This document shows, in pieces, positions 27,041 through 39,435 of a stretch of DNA of 64,000 nucleotides. The DNA comes from Callorhinchus milii. Its lineage: Eukaryota. The first letter of the stretch is position 1; each line of letters begins with the position of its first letter. Position numbers and translations under genes: made by a program. Location of the stretch: NCBI RefSeq assembly GCF_018977255.1, contig NW_024704750.1, forward strand, positions 8,370,001-8,434,000, given 5' to 3'. The notes beneath the pieces are model-generated. The model ran no database searches and was not told the origin of the DNA. It saw nothing but the letters and a program-made list of their open reading frames with translations.

Positions 27041-30000
27041 ACATAGGAACATAGGAATTAGGAGCAGGAGTAGGCTATTTGGCCCCTCAAGCCTGCCCCG
27101 CCATTCAATAAGATCATGGCTGATCTTCTAACCTAAATCCATCTGCCCACCTTATCCCCATATCCTTTAATCCCTCTATCCTTTAGAAACCTATCAATCA
27201 AAGTCTTGAATATGTTCAAGGACTGAGCATCTCCAGCCTTCTGAGTGAAGAAGTGTTTCCTCAACTCTGTCCCTTAATCTTAAGACTGTGACCCCTAGTT
27301 CTAGGTTCTCCTACCAGGGGAAATAGTCTCGCACTCTACTCTATCAAGCCTGTAGCCTAGTGGTTAGAGCACTCGCTTTGCAAGTGAGAGACCCGAGTTC
27401 AATTCCAGGCAGGGCGAAACCTTGGGCAAGTTTCCTTACTCCACACGCCTAATAATAATCCCTCCAAAACCAAAAACAATAATTAAATTGGTCATTTTCA
27501 ATCTACGACTGTTTGTGGGACATTGCTGTGCGCAATTGGCTGCCGCGTTCGCCCACAAATCAGAGCTCACTCTCCCACTTAGCTTAGTATCATCCGTGAA
27601 TTTAGATATTTTAAGTTCTATGTCCTCGTCTAGATCATTGATATAGATTGTAAATAGTTGAGGCCCAAGCACTGATCCTTGTGGCACTCCACTAGTCACA
27701 TCTTGCCAATCTGAGAAGGACCCCTTTATCCCTACTCTCTGTTTTCTTCCCATTAGCGACTCTTCAATCCATGCTAATATATTGCCTTTAATTCAGTGGG
27801 CCCTAATCTTATGTAGCAGCCTTTTATGTGGCACCTTGTTGAATGGCTTCTGAAAATCTAAACATACTAGATCTAGGTTCCTCCCTATCTAACCTGCTAG
27901 TTACATCCTCAAAAAATTCTAAAAGATTTGTTAAGCATGACTTCCCTTTTGCAAAGCCATGTTGACTCTGCCTAATCATGTTATGGTCCTCTAAGTACCC
28001 CACTCTGACGACCCTAATTAAGGATGCTAGAATTTTCCCTACCACCAATGTCAGACTGACTAGTCTATAGTTCCCCAACTTCTCTCCTCTACCCTTCTTA
28101 AATAGTGGTCTTATGTTTGCGATCTTCAATCATTGGGAACCATTCCAGAATCCAGAGAACTTTGGAAGATCAAAAACAAGGCATCCACCATCTCAGCCAC
28201 CAGCTTTTTTAAAACCCTAGGATGCAGGCCATCAGGTCTAGTGGATTTGTCATTTTTCAATCCCAACAGTTTTCCTAGTACTAATTCTTTAATGATGTTA
28301 ATTTCCCTAAATTGCTCACTAACATGAGCTTCTTGGTGCCCCTCTATTTTTGGTAAGTTTTCCATGTCTTCTAACGTGAAGACAGAAGCAAAGTATTTGT
28401 TTAATGATTCTGCCATATCTTTATCCTCCGTTATAATTCCTCCTGTTTCTGCCTGTAATGGACCCACATTCACTTTTGTTAGTTTCTTCCTCTTAATGTA
28501 TTTGTAAAAACTCTTGCAGTTTGTCTTTATGTTCCTAGCTAGTTTGCCCTCATAATCCATTTTCTCCCTCCTAATCAGTTTCTTAGTCTTTCTTTGTTGG
28601 TCTCTGAAGCCCTCCAAATCCTCGGGTTTACTGCTCTTTTTGGCAGTATTATAGGTCTCTTCTTTTAATCTAATATTTTCCCTCACTGCTCTAGTTAACC
28701 ATGGTTGAACCACTTTTCCCGTGGTATTTTTAATCCTCAAGTAAATATGTGATCACTATGCATTATGTACTATATCTTTAAAGGTTTGTCATTGCTGGTC
28801 AACTGTCATATCCTTTAATCTAATTCCCCAGTCTGAATCTAGGATTTTTAACTGAATCCTCTCTCATACCTGCAAAGTTGGCTCTATTTAAATTTAAGAC
28901 CTTTGCTTTGGACTTAACTACATCACTCTCTAACTTAATGCTAAATTCCATCATGTTATGGTCACTCTGCCCTAGAGGAGCCTTAACTCCCAGATTGCTG
29001 ATTAGCCCTATTTCATTACATAAAACAAGATCCAGGACCATTCCCTGGTTGGTTCCTCAGCATACTGATCTAGAAAACTATCTCTAATGCATTCTATAAA
29101 CTCCTCCTCTAACTTACTTTTGCCAATTTACTTTTCCCAATCGATACAAAGATTAAAATCACCCACTATTAGTGTATTTCCTTTGCTACATGCTTCTCTA
29201 ATTTCCTGATTAATACTCTGCGCAATACTGTGACTGCTGTTTGGGGGTCTATAAACTACTGCCACTAGTGTTTTCTGCCCCTTGCTATTTCGTAATTCCA
29301 CCCATACTGACTCTACATCCTGATTTTCTGATTTAAAATCCTTCCTCTCTACTGTTTTTATCCCATCCTTTATTAGCAGGGCTATCCCCCACCTTGTTTT
29401 CCACATTGCCTATCTTTCCTATATGCCGATTACCCCGGAATATTTAGCTCCCACCCTTGATCCCCCTGTAACCATGTCTCAGTAATGGCTACTAGATCAT
29501 ACCCGTTTGTTTCTATTTGTGACATTAATTAATCTATCTTATTACAAATGCTTTGTCCATTCAGATTCAGTGCCTTTAATTTTGACTTTTTGCTATTTCC
29601 CCTACTCGCTAATGCCCTATTTTCTTTTCTGAACTTCTTGTCCTTTCTTGACACACTCTCTTTATCTCCCTCGCTAATCTGCTCTACCACCTTCATCGTT
29701 TTTAGTTTTGCTGGTTTACTTCTAACTGTCGTTGTAACCTTGCCTCTCCACCCCCCTTAGTAGTTTAAATCTCCTACCTCACTATTTATTTGTTTTGCCA
29801 GGATATTGGTCCCAGCCTGGTTTAGGTGGAGCACATCTCTATGGAATAGCTCCCTTTTCCCCCAATACTGGTGCCAGTTGCCCATAAAATGAAACCCCTG
29901 CCCTCCGCATCACTCTTTCAGCCACGCATTTAATTCTTTAATTTGTTTGTGCCTGTACCAATTTGCACATGGGTCAGGCAGTAATTCCGTTATTATTACT

Positions 30001-30880
30001 TTGGAAGTTCTACTTTTTAATTTCATTCGCGATTTTTTGAACTCATTTCTCAAGTCGTCCCTACTAGTCCTACCTACATCGTTGGTACCTATGTGGATTA
30101 CTACAATTGGATCCTCCCCCTCCTGCTTCAAATTCTTCTCCAGCCCTGAAGAGACATCCTCCAACCTAGCCCAGTGAAGGCAACTGAGCCTTCATGTCTC
30201 CTGGATGCGGCAGCAGAGAAGTGTGTCTGTCGTCCTGACTGTCTCGTCCCCACTTACAAATAAATTCCGTCTATCTCTCCTCACTTAGGTGGCCTCCTAT
30301 GTAGAGGTGTTGGAGTCAGTTTGCCCATCCTCCTCACAGGCTTCCCTGTCCACACAATTTGCAAGTATCTTGTATCTGTTGGACAAGGTTAAAGCCTGGG
30401 GTTTCTCCGCCACTCTCTATGTGGTCCCCTTACCTGCTTGACTGTCAGTCACCGTCCTGTCCCTAATTAGAAACATAATTCATACGTTCCCTGAGCCTCA
30501 GGGGAGTGACTGGCTCCAGGACAAAACAATCCAGGAAGCTCTCATCTTCCCTAATACTGCGCGATGTCCGCACCTCAGATTCCAGCTCAGGTGCTCTGAG
30601 CTGGAGCTTCCTCAGTTGCAGTCACTTGTTGCAGATGAAGTCGCCTGGGCTCAGGTTGCCCTCTTATCAACTCCCACATACCTCAGTCTTTGCACATTCT
30701 CATGCCATTCTCTCCTCTCTTTCTCACTGTATTTTAGGGATTTTTTTTAAAAAATGTCTTTAAAAAATTTTCTTTAAAAGTTTTTTTTTAATTTTTTTAA
30801 AGTTTTTGTTAGTTTTTCATTAGTGTTTTCATTAGTGTTTGTGCCCCTGCTCTGACCCGGCTCCGCCCTCCGCTCAGCGA
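27041..30880 (-). mobile_element. Near full-length but decayed CR1 LINE in ACOT-A intron 2
   Basis: ORF1 SGNH-esterase remnant (VVIHIGTNDV...LNAWL, 29910-30164); APE endonuclease (VYRPPN, VGDFN, LDLVL, SDHN); RT ([35 protein letters not shown]); 3' tail ending (TTCCTATG)2; many stops and frameshifts. Confidence 0.93.
27348..27560 (+). mobile_element. tRNA/Deu SINE, short variant, 3'-truncated, nested in the CR1
   Basis: tgtagcctagtggttagagcactcgc...gagttcaattcc head, then the Deu core gtttgtgggacattgctgtgcgcaattggctgccgcg. Confidence 0.88.
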
Positions 30881-31465
30881 CTGCTTACCATGCATAATCT
30901 TAAATTAGACAAGTTATGCAACAGCAATAACCTACTCCCCCTCTACAGTGCAGTACATATCTTAAGTCAATGTTGGCGAAAGATGCCTTTTCCCCCTATC
31001 TCTGTCTTTGCCACCCCATTCTTCATTTGATACTTCTTAATTTACTGACATTGCTAAAGTACTTTGCCCCTCATAAGCCCCCTTGCTGAAAATGAAACAA
31101 ACTCTGCCCTTGCATTCAGTGATGCAATCTGTTCACTTATAATGTGGAGTACCAATAGATCAGCTATTGTTCAGAGATTTTCTTTTCTTACTGTTTACTA
31201 AATATTTGAAGCAATATCCATTGTTTTTGTCAGATCAATCCCTCACATAGCCTGTAATTCAATATATATATGATGAAAGCATGATAATACCTTTTCAAAT
31301 GGTATGACATTCCAAAATTCATATTCATGGAAATAAACACTTGTGAAAACAGCAAAACAATTGCCAAGCCATTTGTGATAGAGCATTGTTACACTTTAAT
31401 GCATGATTTTACCTTAATGTAAAGTCTACCCAAGTAGAGGAATGTGTTTGCTTGTTGGTACTCAC

Positions 31466-31668
31466 TTTTGGATGCTGTCTTAAAAAGGTTACAGCTTCTT
31501 TAAAGTATTCCAAGTACAGGTTTGTCACAACTTTCGGGTGGTCATCATGACCAAAGTAGGCTAAAGCCAATGTAGTAAATCCACGGTTTGCCAAGAGACA
31601 GGCTCTCTGTTCAGATAGGCTACTTTGCAATGCATAGATATCAATTACCCCGGGAAAAGGACCATTTC
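31466..31668 (-). CDS. ACOT copy A exon 2 (203 nt)
   Basis: GACAG acceptor, AAA|GTGAGT donor; NGPFPGVIDIYALQSSLSEQRACLLANRGFTTLALAYF...LEYFKEAVTFLRQHPK. Confidence 0.93.
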
Positions 31669-32825
31669 CTGTCAAATTCAAACAAGTTAGTTATATTTAT
31701 TCTATTGTCAAAACATTTCATACATAGTTCCCAATTTCAGGGATTAAGAACAGTTTAAAGCAATCCAGGAACATTGATTATGTTATAAAGCTGGATGAAA
31801 AGTTCCCATGTGGATTTTCTACAGTTTTTTTTATTCTCTCCTGAACTTGACAAACCAATATAAATACTTACTCTCCCACACTCACCCCAACTAAAATAGA
31901 CTTTCTGTATGAATCTGAGTTTGTCGGGTTAAACAACAGTATTGTACCAGCGTATTTTAAGCAGAAACTACATGAATTCATGAGTCATATGTGTAGAAGG
32001 GAGATGCTATGGGCACAGAGGTATCAGAAGGTATAAAACTTGCTTTAGATTTAGATAAAGAGGTTTCCACTGTTATATAGAAACCAGGCTTAGCAACAGC
32101 ATTACAATAATATTTTTATGTTGTTTTGCTCAAGGGGAGTTATCTTTTATGGAACAGAGTATCACATTGCAGGTAATATTACATTTGGCATCTGGCCAAA
32201 TGGTTTAGGAACTAACAAACTTGTGGATACCCTTATCTTAACTCCAAATCTATCCACTTTTGGTGGAGCAATATAAACTGCAAATTCAAATCATGACAGT
32301 ATGAAAATTTGTCTTGTGCTTCAAGCGATCATTCACACAAGTACTTACTGAAACTCAAAAACAGAAGAAGAAATGGACGAAGCCACCCATAGACAGACAA
32401 GAACAATGTCAAAAGATTCTTGGTAGATGTTGCAAAATAAGCAACATTTTGTCAACCTGGTATTTCTGTTTTTAATTCTTAATATTTTGCTGCCTACATT
32501 TCCTTCTCACAGTGCACAAAACTCTCTGACAGGTTATGTAAACCACAGGTGGCAGAGAGGCTCTCAGGATATCTAAAGGACATCTCTGACTCAAATTTTA
32601 AGGTATATAAGGCACATATGCATCCTCTGACATTCTTTTAGATCTTTTTATTGACATAAGAATATAATTTCCGAAAACAAATGAAATCGCAACAATTCAG
32701 GTTATTTATCCAAATATGCTTCAAGGGGCTTGTTCTCCAAATTCTGAACCTTTTTTCTGTGGGGGGGAATTATTTGAATATCCATTTATTAGGAAAGATG
32801 TGGAAGTGTCCGTTAACATATACAT

Positions 32826-34980
32826 TAGAATTCATTAGAATACAGGATAGGATATACAGCACAGAAACAGGCCGTTCGGCCCAATTGGTCTATGCCGGAG
32901 TTTATGCTCCACATGAGCCTCCTCCTGCCCTTTGTTAACTAAGTCTTCAAGCATAATCTTCTATTTCTTTCTCCCTCATGTACCTATCTTGCTTCCCCTT
33001 AAATACATCTATGCTATTTGTCTCAACAACTCCTTGTAGTAGCATGTTCCACATTCCCACTACTTTCTGTGTGAAGGCATTTCTTCTAACTTCGCTATTT
33101 GATCTATTTGTGACTATTTTATATTGATGGCCCCTGGTTTTAGTCTCCCCCACAAGTGGAAACATCTTCCCTATGTCTAACCTATCAAAACCTTTCATAA
33201 TTTTAAAGACCTCTAACAGGTCACCCCTTACCCTCCTCGTTCAAGAGAAAAGAGTTCAAGAATGTTCAGCCTTTCCTGATAGGTATAACCCCTCAAGGTT
33301 CGATAGAAGTTCACCATAATTTCCCTGCTTTTCATTTCTATCCCTCTTGAAATGAACCCCAATGCCTGGATTGCTTGTTTTATGGCCTTATTAACCTGCG
33401 TTGCTATTTTTAGTGATCCCTTTGCTCCTCAACCCCATTTAGGTTTTTATTTTCCAGGATGTATGTGACTTCCTTATTCCTTCTACCAAAATGTACCACC
33501 TCACACTTTTCTACATTGAAATGCATTTGCCATTTAATGCCCATTCAGCAAGTTTATTAATGTCTTGCTGTAATTTGTTGTAGTCCTCCTCTGTATTAAC
33601 TACTCCCCCTAATTTGTGACATTCGCAAATTTTGAAATTTTACTGCTGATTCCCGAATCCAAATCATTAATGTATATTGTGAACAACAGTGGTCCCAATA
33701 CCGATCCCAATATTGCTCACCCCCTGCCAGTCTGAGTAACTACCCTTTACCCCTACTCTCTGTTTTCTGCATTATAGCCAACTTGCTATCCATTCTGCTA
33801 TTTTCCCCCTGACTCCAAATGCTCTAACCTTATTCATTAATCTATTATATGGTACCTTATTGAACACCTTTTGGAAATCTAAATATATTACATCTACCGC
33901 ATTACCCATGTCTACTCTTCCTGATACCCCTTCAAAGAATTCAGTGAGGTTGGTCAAGCGTGGCCTTCCTTTTTGAAATCTGTGCTGACTATTCTTTATT
34001 ATGTTTTCCGTTTCCAGATGTTTTTCTATTACCTCCTTCAGTAAGGATTCCATTATCTGTCCTACCACTGATGTTAAGATGACAGTTCTATAGTTCCCTG
34101 GGCTTGTTCTATCTCACTTTTTAAATATAGGTGTAACATTAGCTAACCTCCAGTCCTCTGGCACTACTCCCTTTTCTAATGAGTTATTATAATGTATAAT
34201 CATGCCTCTGCTATCTCTTCCCTCGATTCTCTTAATATACGCGGATGCAATCCATCTGGACCAGGGTTTTATCCTCTCTGAGTTTCATTAGTTTTTTGAT
34301 TATATCTACCCTTTGTATCTTAAATGTACTTATATTACTTTTGATCTCTTCTACTGTCACGTCCACCTGATCCGTCTCCCTGGTGAATACTGAGGCAAAG
34401 TAATGATTTAATATTTCTGCATTTCGCTGTCACAACCGGTGAGCTTACCTTGTCCATCCCTTAGTGGCCCTATTCCTATTTTGATTTTTCTTTTGTTATT
34501 TATATGTCTGTAGAATATTTTATTATTTATTTTTAGATTTCTTGATAATTCCTCTTTGCCTTCCTAATTGTTTTTTTTTTTGACTATCTTCCTGAACTCT
34601 TTGTATTCTTTTTTGTCAGGCTCGCTAACCCCTCTTTCCTGAGTCTCAACTTTACCCTTATGTCTTTATTTATCCAGGGTATCTCACTAGTATTTAACTT
34701 CGTCTTGCTTTTTAGCGGAATATATTTCTCCTGGACTCTATTGATCACTGTTTTAAATGTTTCCCACTGCTGCTCCAGTTTATTTTCCCAAGTTCCATTC
34801 TCATCCCCTCAAAATCAGATTTTTCCCCCCCCAATCTATCACCCTTGGTCTTTGTCATACTCATGTCCTTCTCAATCTTTATCTTAAACCTTATTAAGTT
34901 ATGATGGCTATTGCCTTAGATGTTCCCCTACTCGTACTTCTTCCCATGACTAAATCCAGCAGGGATTCCTCCCTTGCTGG
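32826..34980 (-). mobile_element. 5'-truncated CR1 LINE, second subfamily, in ACOT-A intron 1
   Basis: RT motifs SQHRFQKGR...LTNLTEFF, VDVIYLDFQKVFNKVP; C-terminus KGFDRLD...TRGHQYK...FTQKVVGMWN; 3' tail differs from the 27041 element. Confidence 0.9.
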
Positions 34981-34987
34981 GCATCTG

Positions 34988-35313
34988 GGAGTCCTGTAGC
35001 TCAGTGGTTAGAGCACTCGCTTTGCAAACGAGAGACCTGAGTTCAATTCCAGGCAGAGGGCGAAACCTTGGGCAAGTTTCCTTACTCCACACAGAGCCTA
35101 ATAATAATCCCTCCAAAACCAAAAACAATAACAAATTGGTCATTTTCAGTCTACGACTGTTTGTGGGACATTGCTGTGCGCAATCGGCTGCTGCGTCCGC
35201 CCACAAATACACAGTCAATTCACTTTACAGTGTGTTCTGTGAAGCGCTTTGGGACGTCCTCCCGACGTGAAAAGCGCTATATCAAATGCAAGGATTATTA
35301 TTATTATTATTAT
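34988..35313 (+). mobile_element. Full-length tRNA-derived Deu-domain SINE with L2-type tail, short variant
   Basis: A box TAGCTCAGTGG (34997), B box GAGTTCAATTCC (35039), Deu-like core, tail gcgctttgggacgtcctcccgacgtgaaaagcgctatatcaaatgcaagga(tta)n. Confidence 0.92.
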
Positions 35314-35553
35314 CTTACAATACTGGGGCAAGTAATGCAACTGTGCTCAACACATGTTCAAAACATAAATACTTCTCACAACGTAGCAAAGCCCAGAATA
35401 TCACAGTGTAAATTACATCCGACAATTGCGAACCCTCTGAAGCAGCGACGGTCCATTCCCACCCAAATGAATTGACCTTTTCGGTCGCTGAGGGTTAGAG
35501 AGGACACCAAACCCAACAGATCCAACGGTGGCCGAGGCCTCACCAGCACTCAC

Positions 35554-36133
35554 CGGGCGGCACGAAGAGAGTCCCTCTGATGTTGCCCTCTCTCACTGGG
35601 ATCCTCTTCACTCCTTCCCTCATAAACCACCGCTCGTTGGTGCCCTTCGCCAAAGACTGGTCGAGCTGCTGCTCTCGGCTCCGGTGGCCATCGAACACCT
35701 CGATGTCTACGCACAGCGGAGAGTTGGCCACGTCCCTCTTCACCAGGCGGGTGAATGGCGTCCTGGGTATGAGTGACCAGAACAGCCCCATGGGCTCAAT
35801 CCCGGAGTAGTGTCCACCCAGGGACGGGGACCGGGACAGGTCCAGCTCTCCCCGCTCGTCAGCCTCGTAGTAGGCGAACGATTCGAAGGTCTCCCCCTTC
35901 TCGTCCGTGAGCGAAGCCTTCATCGTGACCTGTTGGAGCGGAGAGAGACCGTCCGCCCGGATCTGGAGCGGGTCATCAAACAGACACTTGGCGCTGGGGA
36001 GGAGGTGGACGGTCACGGCCCTCCCGGCGCGCTGACCCCGCGGGGCCGCGCTCCTGCACCTGCCGCTGAGCAGCGACAGAGCCGCCGCCGCCGCCGCCGC
36101 CGCCCGTCCCCCGGGTCTGCGGCACAGGTACAT
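35554..36133 (-). CDS. ACOT copy A exon 1 (580 nt): putative mitochondrial presequence plus N-terminal beta-sandwich domain
   Basis: ATG 36133 MYLCRRPGGRA8LSLLSGRCRSAAPRGQRAGR (Arg-rich, no acidic residues), then SLTDEKG...YEADERGELDL...LGG...EPMGLFWSL...RGTLFVPP; G|GTGAGT donor. Confidence 0.9.
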
Positions 36134-36188
36134 CCCAACCGCGATCAGCCTTCGCTGCCCACAGCTTTCCCGCCTTTCTGCACAGCCT

Positions 36189-36318
36189 CGACCGCGACAC
36201 CCGGACCACCCCCCGACCCCGCGACACCCCGACCCCGCGACACCCCGACCGACCCCGACACACCCCGACCGACCCCGCGACACCCCGACCCCGCGACACC
36301 CCGACCGACCCCCGGACC
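36189..36318. repeat. GC-rich minisatellite (ccccga / ccccgcgaca units) in the ACOT-A 5' leader
   Basis: Irregular 17-21 nt tandem units; the minus strand carries many GGGG runs. Confidence 0.85.
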
Positions 36319-36346
36319 GCCCTGGAGTTTTCCTTCTTTTTAAGAG

Positions 36347-36420
36347 TATATATACCTGACGCCCAGTAACGCCCGGGGGGGGGGGGGCGCCCCTCCCCCC
36401 TCCCCTCCTCCCGCGATTGG
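36347..36420 (-). promoter_or_regulatory. Putative core promoter of ACOT-A: CCAAT, GC-rich tract, TATA
   Basis: CCAAT on the minus strand at 36416-36420, G/C tracts at 36371-36413, TATATATA at 36347-36354; order and spacing fit a TSS near 36320. Confidence 0.55.
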
Positions 36421-36469
36421 CTCCTCATCTCGATGCCCGGGGCTGGGAATTCACAACCGCTACATGGAC

Positions 36470-37905
36470 GCGGTGCCATGTGCGGGGGGAGCGGGACCGT
36501 GGAGGGCTTTGAAGGTGAGGATCAGGATCTCCTGTGATGGGAAGCCGGTGGGGTCGGGCGAGGATGGGGGCGATAGGGTCGCGGAGCCCGGTGCGGGAGA
36601 GGACACGGGCGGCAGAGTTCTGGATGATCCGCAGCCGGTGGAGGGAGGGGTTGGGGAGGCCGACAAGCAGTGAGTTTGCATAGTCGAGCCTCGATGTAAT
36701 GAAGGCGTGCGGGAGGGTTTCGGCCGCCTGCGGTGTGAGTGAGTGGTGGAGCCGCGGAGGTGAGGGAAGGCAGAGCGGGTCATCGCACAGATGTGGGGTA
36801 GAAAGGATAGTTGAGGGTCAAACAAGACCCCAAGGTTCTGGACTGGCTTAGCAGGGCGGCGTGTGCAACTGTTAGCATAAGGTGTGCGAAATTAACATAC
36901 TAACAATGGGCCAAAATGGGTGAAGAAAGTCATGGAACATGTAATCATGGAGTCAGTACAAAGAAAGAGTGCTGAAGGAAACATATGATTGGATATGTTA
37001 ATAAAGGATTGTAACATATTCAACAACCATTGAATGGTGTAAGATACGGTATGTAAAATAACAGATTGTAAAAGCAAGACCAATGAGTGGATGTGCAAAT
37101 AACAATTGTAAATGACTGACGAGAGATTGGTGGAAGGTATAGAGAGAGTGGAATGAGAGTATAAAGATAGGGAGAACAAAAAATGGGGAGAAGGAAAAGA
37201 TCGGAGCAGCACGAGTGAAGACTTGATGGAAGATTGAAAGCTGAACATCTCGTCCCGCGGTAGCATTGCTTTGTTGTAACCCTACATGGTGTAACTTTAT
37301 AGAACCAGTAAAGTTTGGCTTAACAGATTTTACCTAAACGGAATGCTGGGTGACCTTTCTTGATATCTAACACAACCATGGATGGCGATGTTGTCAGCAC
37401 CTGAGTTGAGGAGGCGCTGACAGGAGCCAATCATGAGAGCCTCGGTTTTGTTGACATTCAACTAAAGAAAGTTAGCTCTCATCCAGGACTTGATGTCCGA
37501 CAAACATTCAGTCAGGACAGCAGTGGTCCTGGAGTCGAGGGCGGAAGCAGAGAGGTAGAGTTGGGTGTCATCCACATACATGTGGAAGTTGACCCCATGT
37601 CTGAGGATGATGTTACCAAGAGGGAGCATACAGATATTGAAGAAGGACCAAGGACAGAGCCTGAGGAACGCTGCACAAGACGGTCTGGGGATTAGAGGAG
37701 AAACCGTTTTGTGGAGATGAAGTGGAAGCGGTGTGAGAGGTACGATCTGAACTAGTCAAGGACAGAGCCATGAAAATTGAGGTGAGAGGAGAGGCGGTGG
37801 ATGAGGATACAGTGTTCAACGATGTCGAAAGCAGCAGAGAGGTCAAGGAGGACAAGCAGGCAGAGGGATCCCTGGTCGCAGATGGACAGAATGTCATTTG
37901 TCACT
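36470..37905 (-). mobile_element. L2 LINE fragment interrupted by a solo LTR
   Basis: FDPQLSFLPHI...ILILTFKALHG; the RT region at 37373-37905 is collinear with the 43835-44929 copy on both sides of the insertion. Confidence 0.88.
36870..37372 (+). mobile_element. Solo LTR (503 bp), probably Gypsy-like
   Basis: Termini TGTTAG...CTAACA, 4-bp target duplication CAAC (36866-36869 and 37373-37376), internal TATAAA near 37160 and AGTAAA near 37307; removing it rejoins the L2. Confidence 0.8.
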
Positions 37906-39435
37906 TCGCAAGTGGATTGTAGAAGATCAGGTACTCCATCTCAGTATTCCTCTCCAAAGGTGTTTTAACCCCTAGTCAGAAAAGCAATTTGAATTGTACG
38001 ATTGTGTGACATTTGTGCATCCGACACCACCCCCCCACATGTTCAACGTGTGTTCAACTCTGCGAGACTGCTTAGTGTCAAATTGTGATTTTTTTTTGGC
38101 CTGTAGAAAAAGTAACGGTTGAATCTTATTGTAAGAAAGGAAACAAGTCAGCAAATCATCTTGGTTCTTTCTTCCACTTGTTTTTCTTGCAATCCAACTA
38201 TCAGGAAATAGAAAAGGGATTTGGTTTCTGGTTGATAAAACGGTCAAAGAAGGTTACAAGATACATTATATTGTCTGCACATGTTCAACTTGCTCAATTT
38301 TTTCCAGTTAGGCTCCAGGTAACTTCACATCAATATTGTATTTATGTACCCATTTCTATCATGTAAAATAAAACACAAATTATTTTTCATTAAGATTTAT
38401 TGAAAATGGCAGTGTAAGTACAATAAACATATTTCTTCCCCTTCCGTACCTCAATACTAAATGGATCACTGTTTGGAATGAGTTTGCATACAATGCGGGT
38501 GAACTGTAAGCTTTTGTAAAGTGATTTGTAAACAGTCAATCCTGGACGCGTTGTCTCCATATCTCTGGCAATCCACTTGAATGCTGAATTTGTGGAAAGT
38601 GGAACCAAAGTGTGGAACCTGAACTGAGTTCCAGAGAAATTTACTGTTTACAAATTATTTATCAAATCTCACAATTTAAGCCCCAACATTTTTAAAATGG
38701 AAGGTTTCAAGACTATAAAGAGTTTTGAAGATCCTCTGCATAACAAAATACTTATTTCCCCCCAATTGCATGGTAGTATTTTCTAATTTTCTTGAATTGC
38801 CAATTTGGTCCATCCTCATTTAAAGGGAGTCTGATGTAGTGCACCAAATACTTCCTATACTGTAGTAAGGAAGGGCATAGAAGATTGCATTAACAACTTC
38901 AAACAAGAACATTTTAAAATTATTTGTTTCTTCACAGGTAACATATTCTATTTCAATCAATTTTTTTTAATATGCTAGAAAAATGGTACCACAGGCTCGG
39001 CAATACTCCTATATACTTACCATTCCTGGCATAATACTGATAAATAAAGTATTTACATACAATTTAAAAAAATTATTCAACAACTTTGCCTCCGAATTTG
39101 TATTTTCTAGAAATAAAACAGTTTAGTAACCAATATACAACAAAATCAGGAAGTGAGGATTTATTCATGCCCAGTTTATGCAAATTGCATCACGCCTGAA
39201 AACATCAACTCAATTGGCTCCAGGAATAGGTCTTGAGAGCAATTTGGACTGTTTAAGCCCCCGTTCATACTTCACATTTGTTGGTGAATTACTGACAGCC
39301 AAATATCCAGTATAAACACAGCATAAGAAGTATTTTGGGAGATCATTGCATTATTAGTGCTTTGAAGCTAAGCTAAACCAACGAAAATGGATCAGTAAAC
39401 TGAAATATTTTCTGAGAAGATATTTTCTATTGCTC

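Noticed and set aside
34988-35060. tRNA gene (A and B boxes, TTGCAA loop)
   Set aside because: It continues into a Deu core and L2 tail and recurs in several diverged copies, so it is a SINE head
36134-36283. N-terminal extension of ACOT-A shown in the ORF track (MSRGRSGC...)
   Set aside because: It starts at GTG inside the minisatellite; identity with copy D begins just before the ATG at 36133
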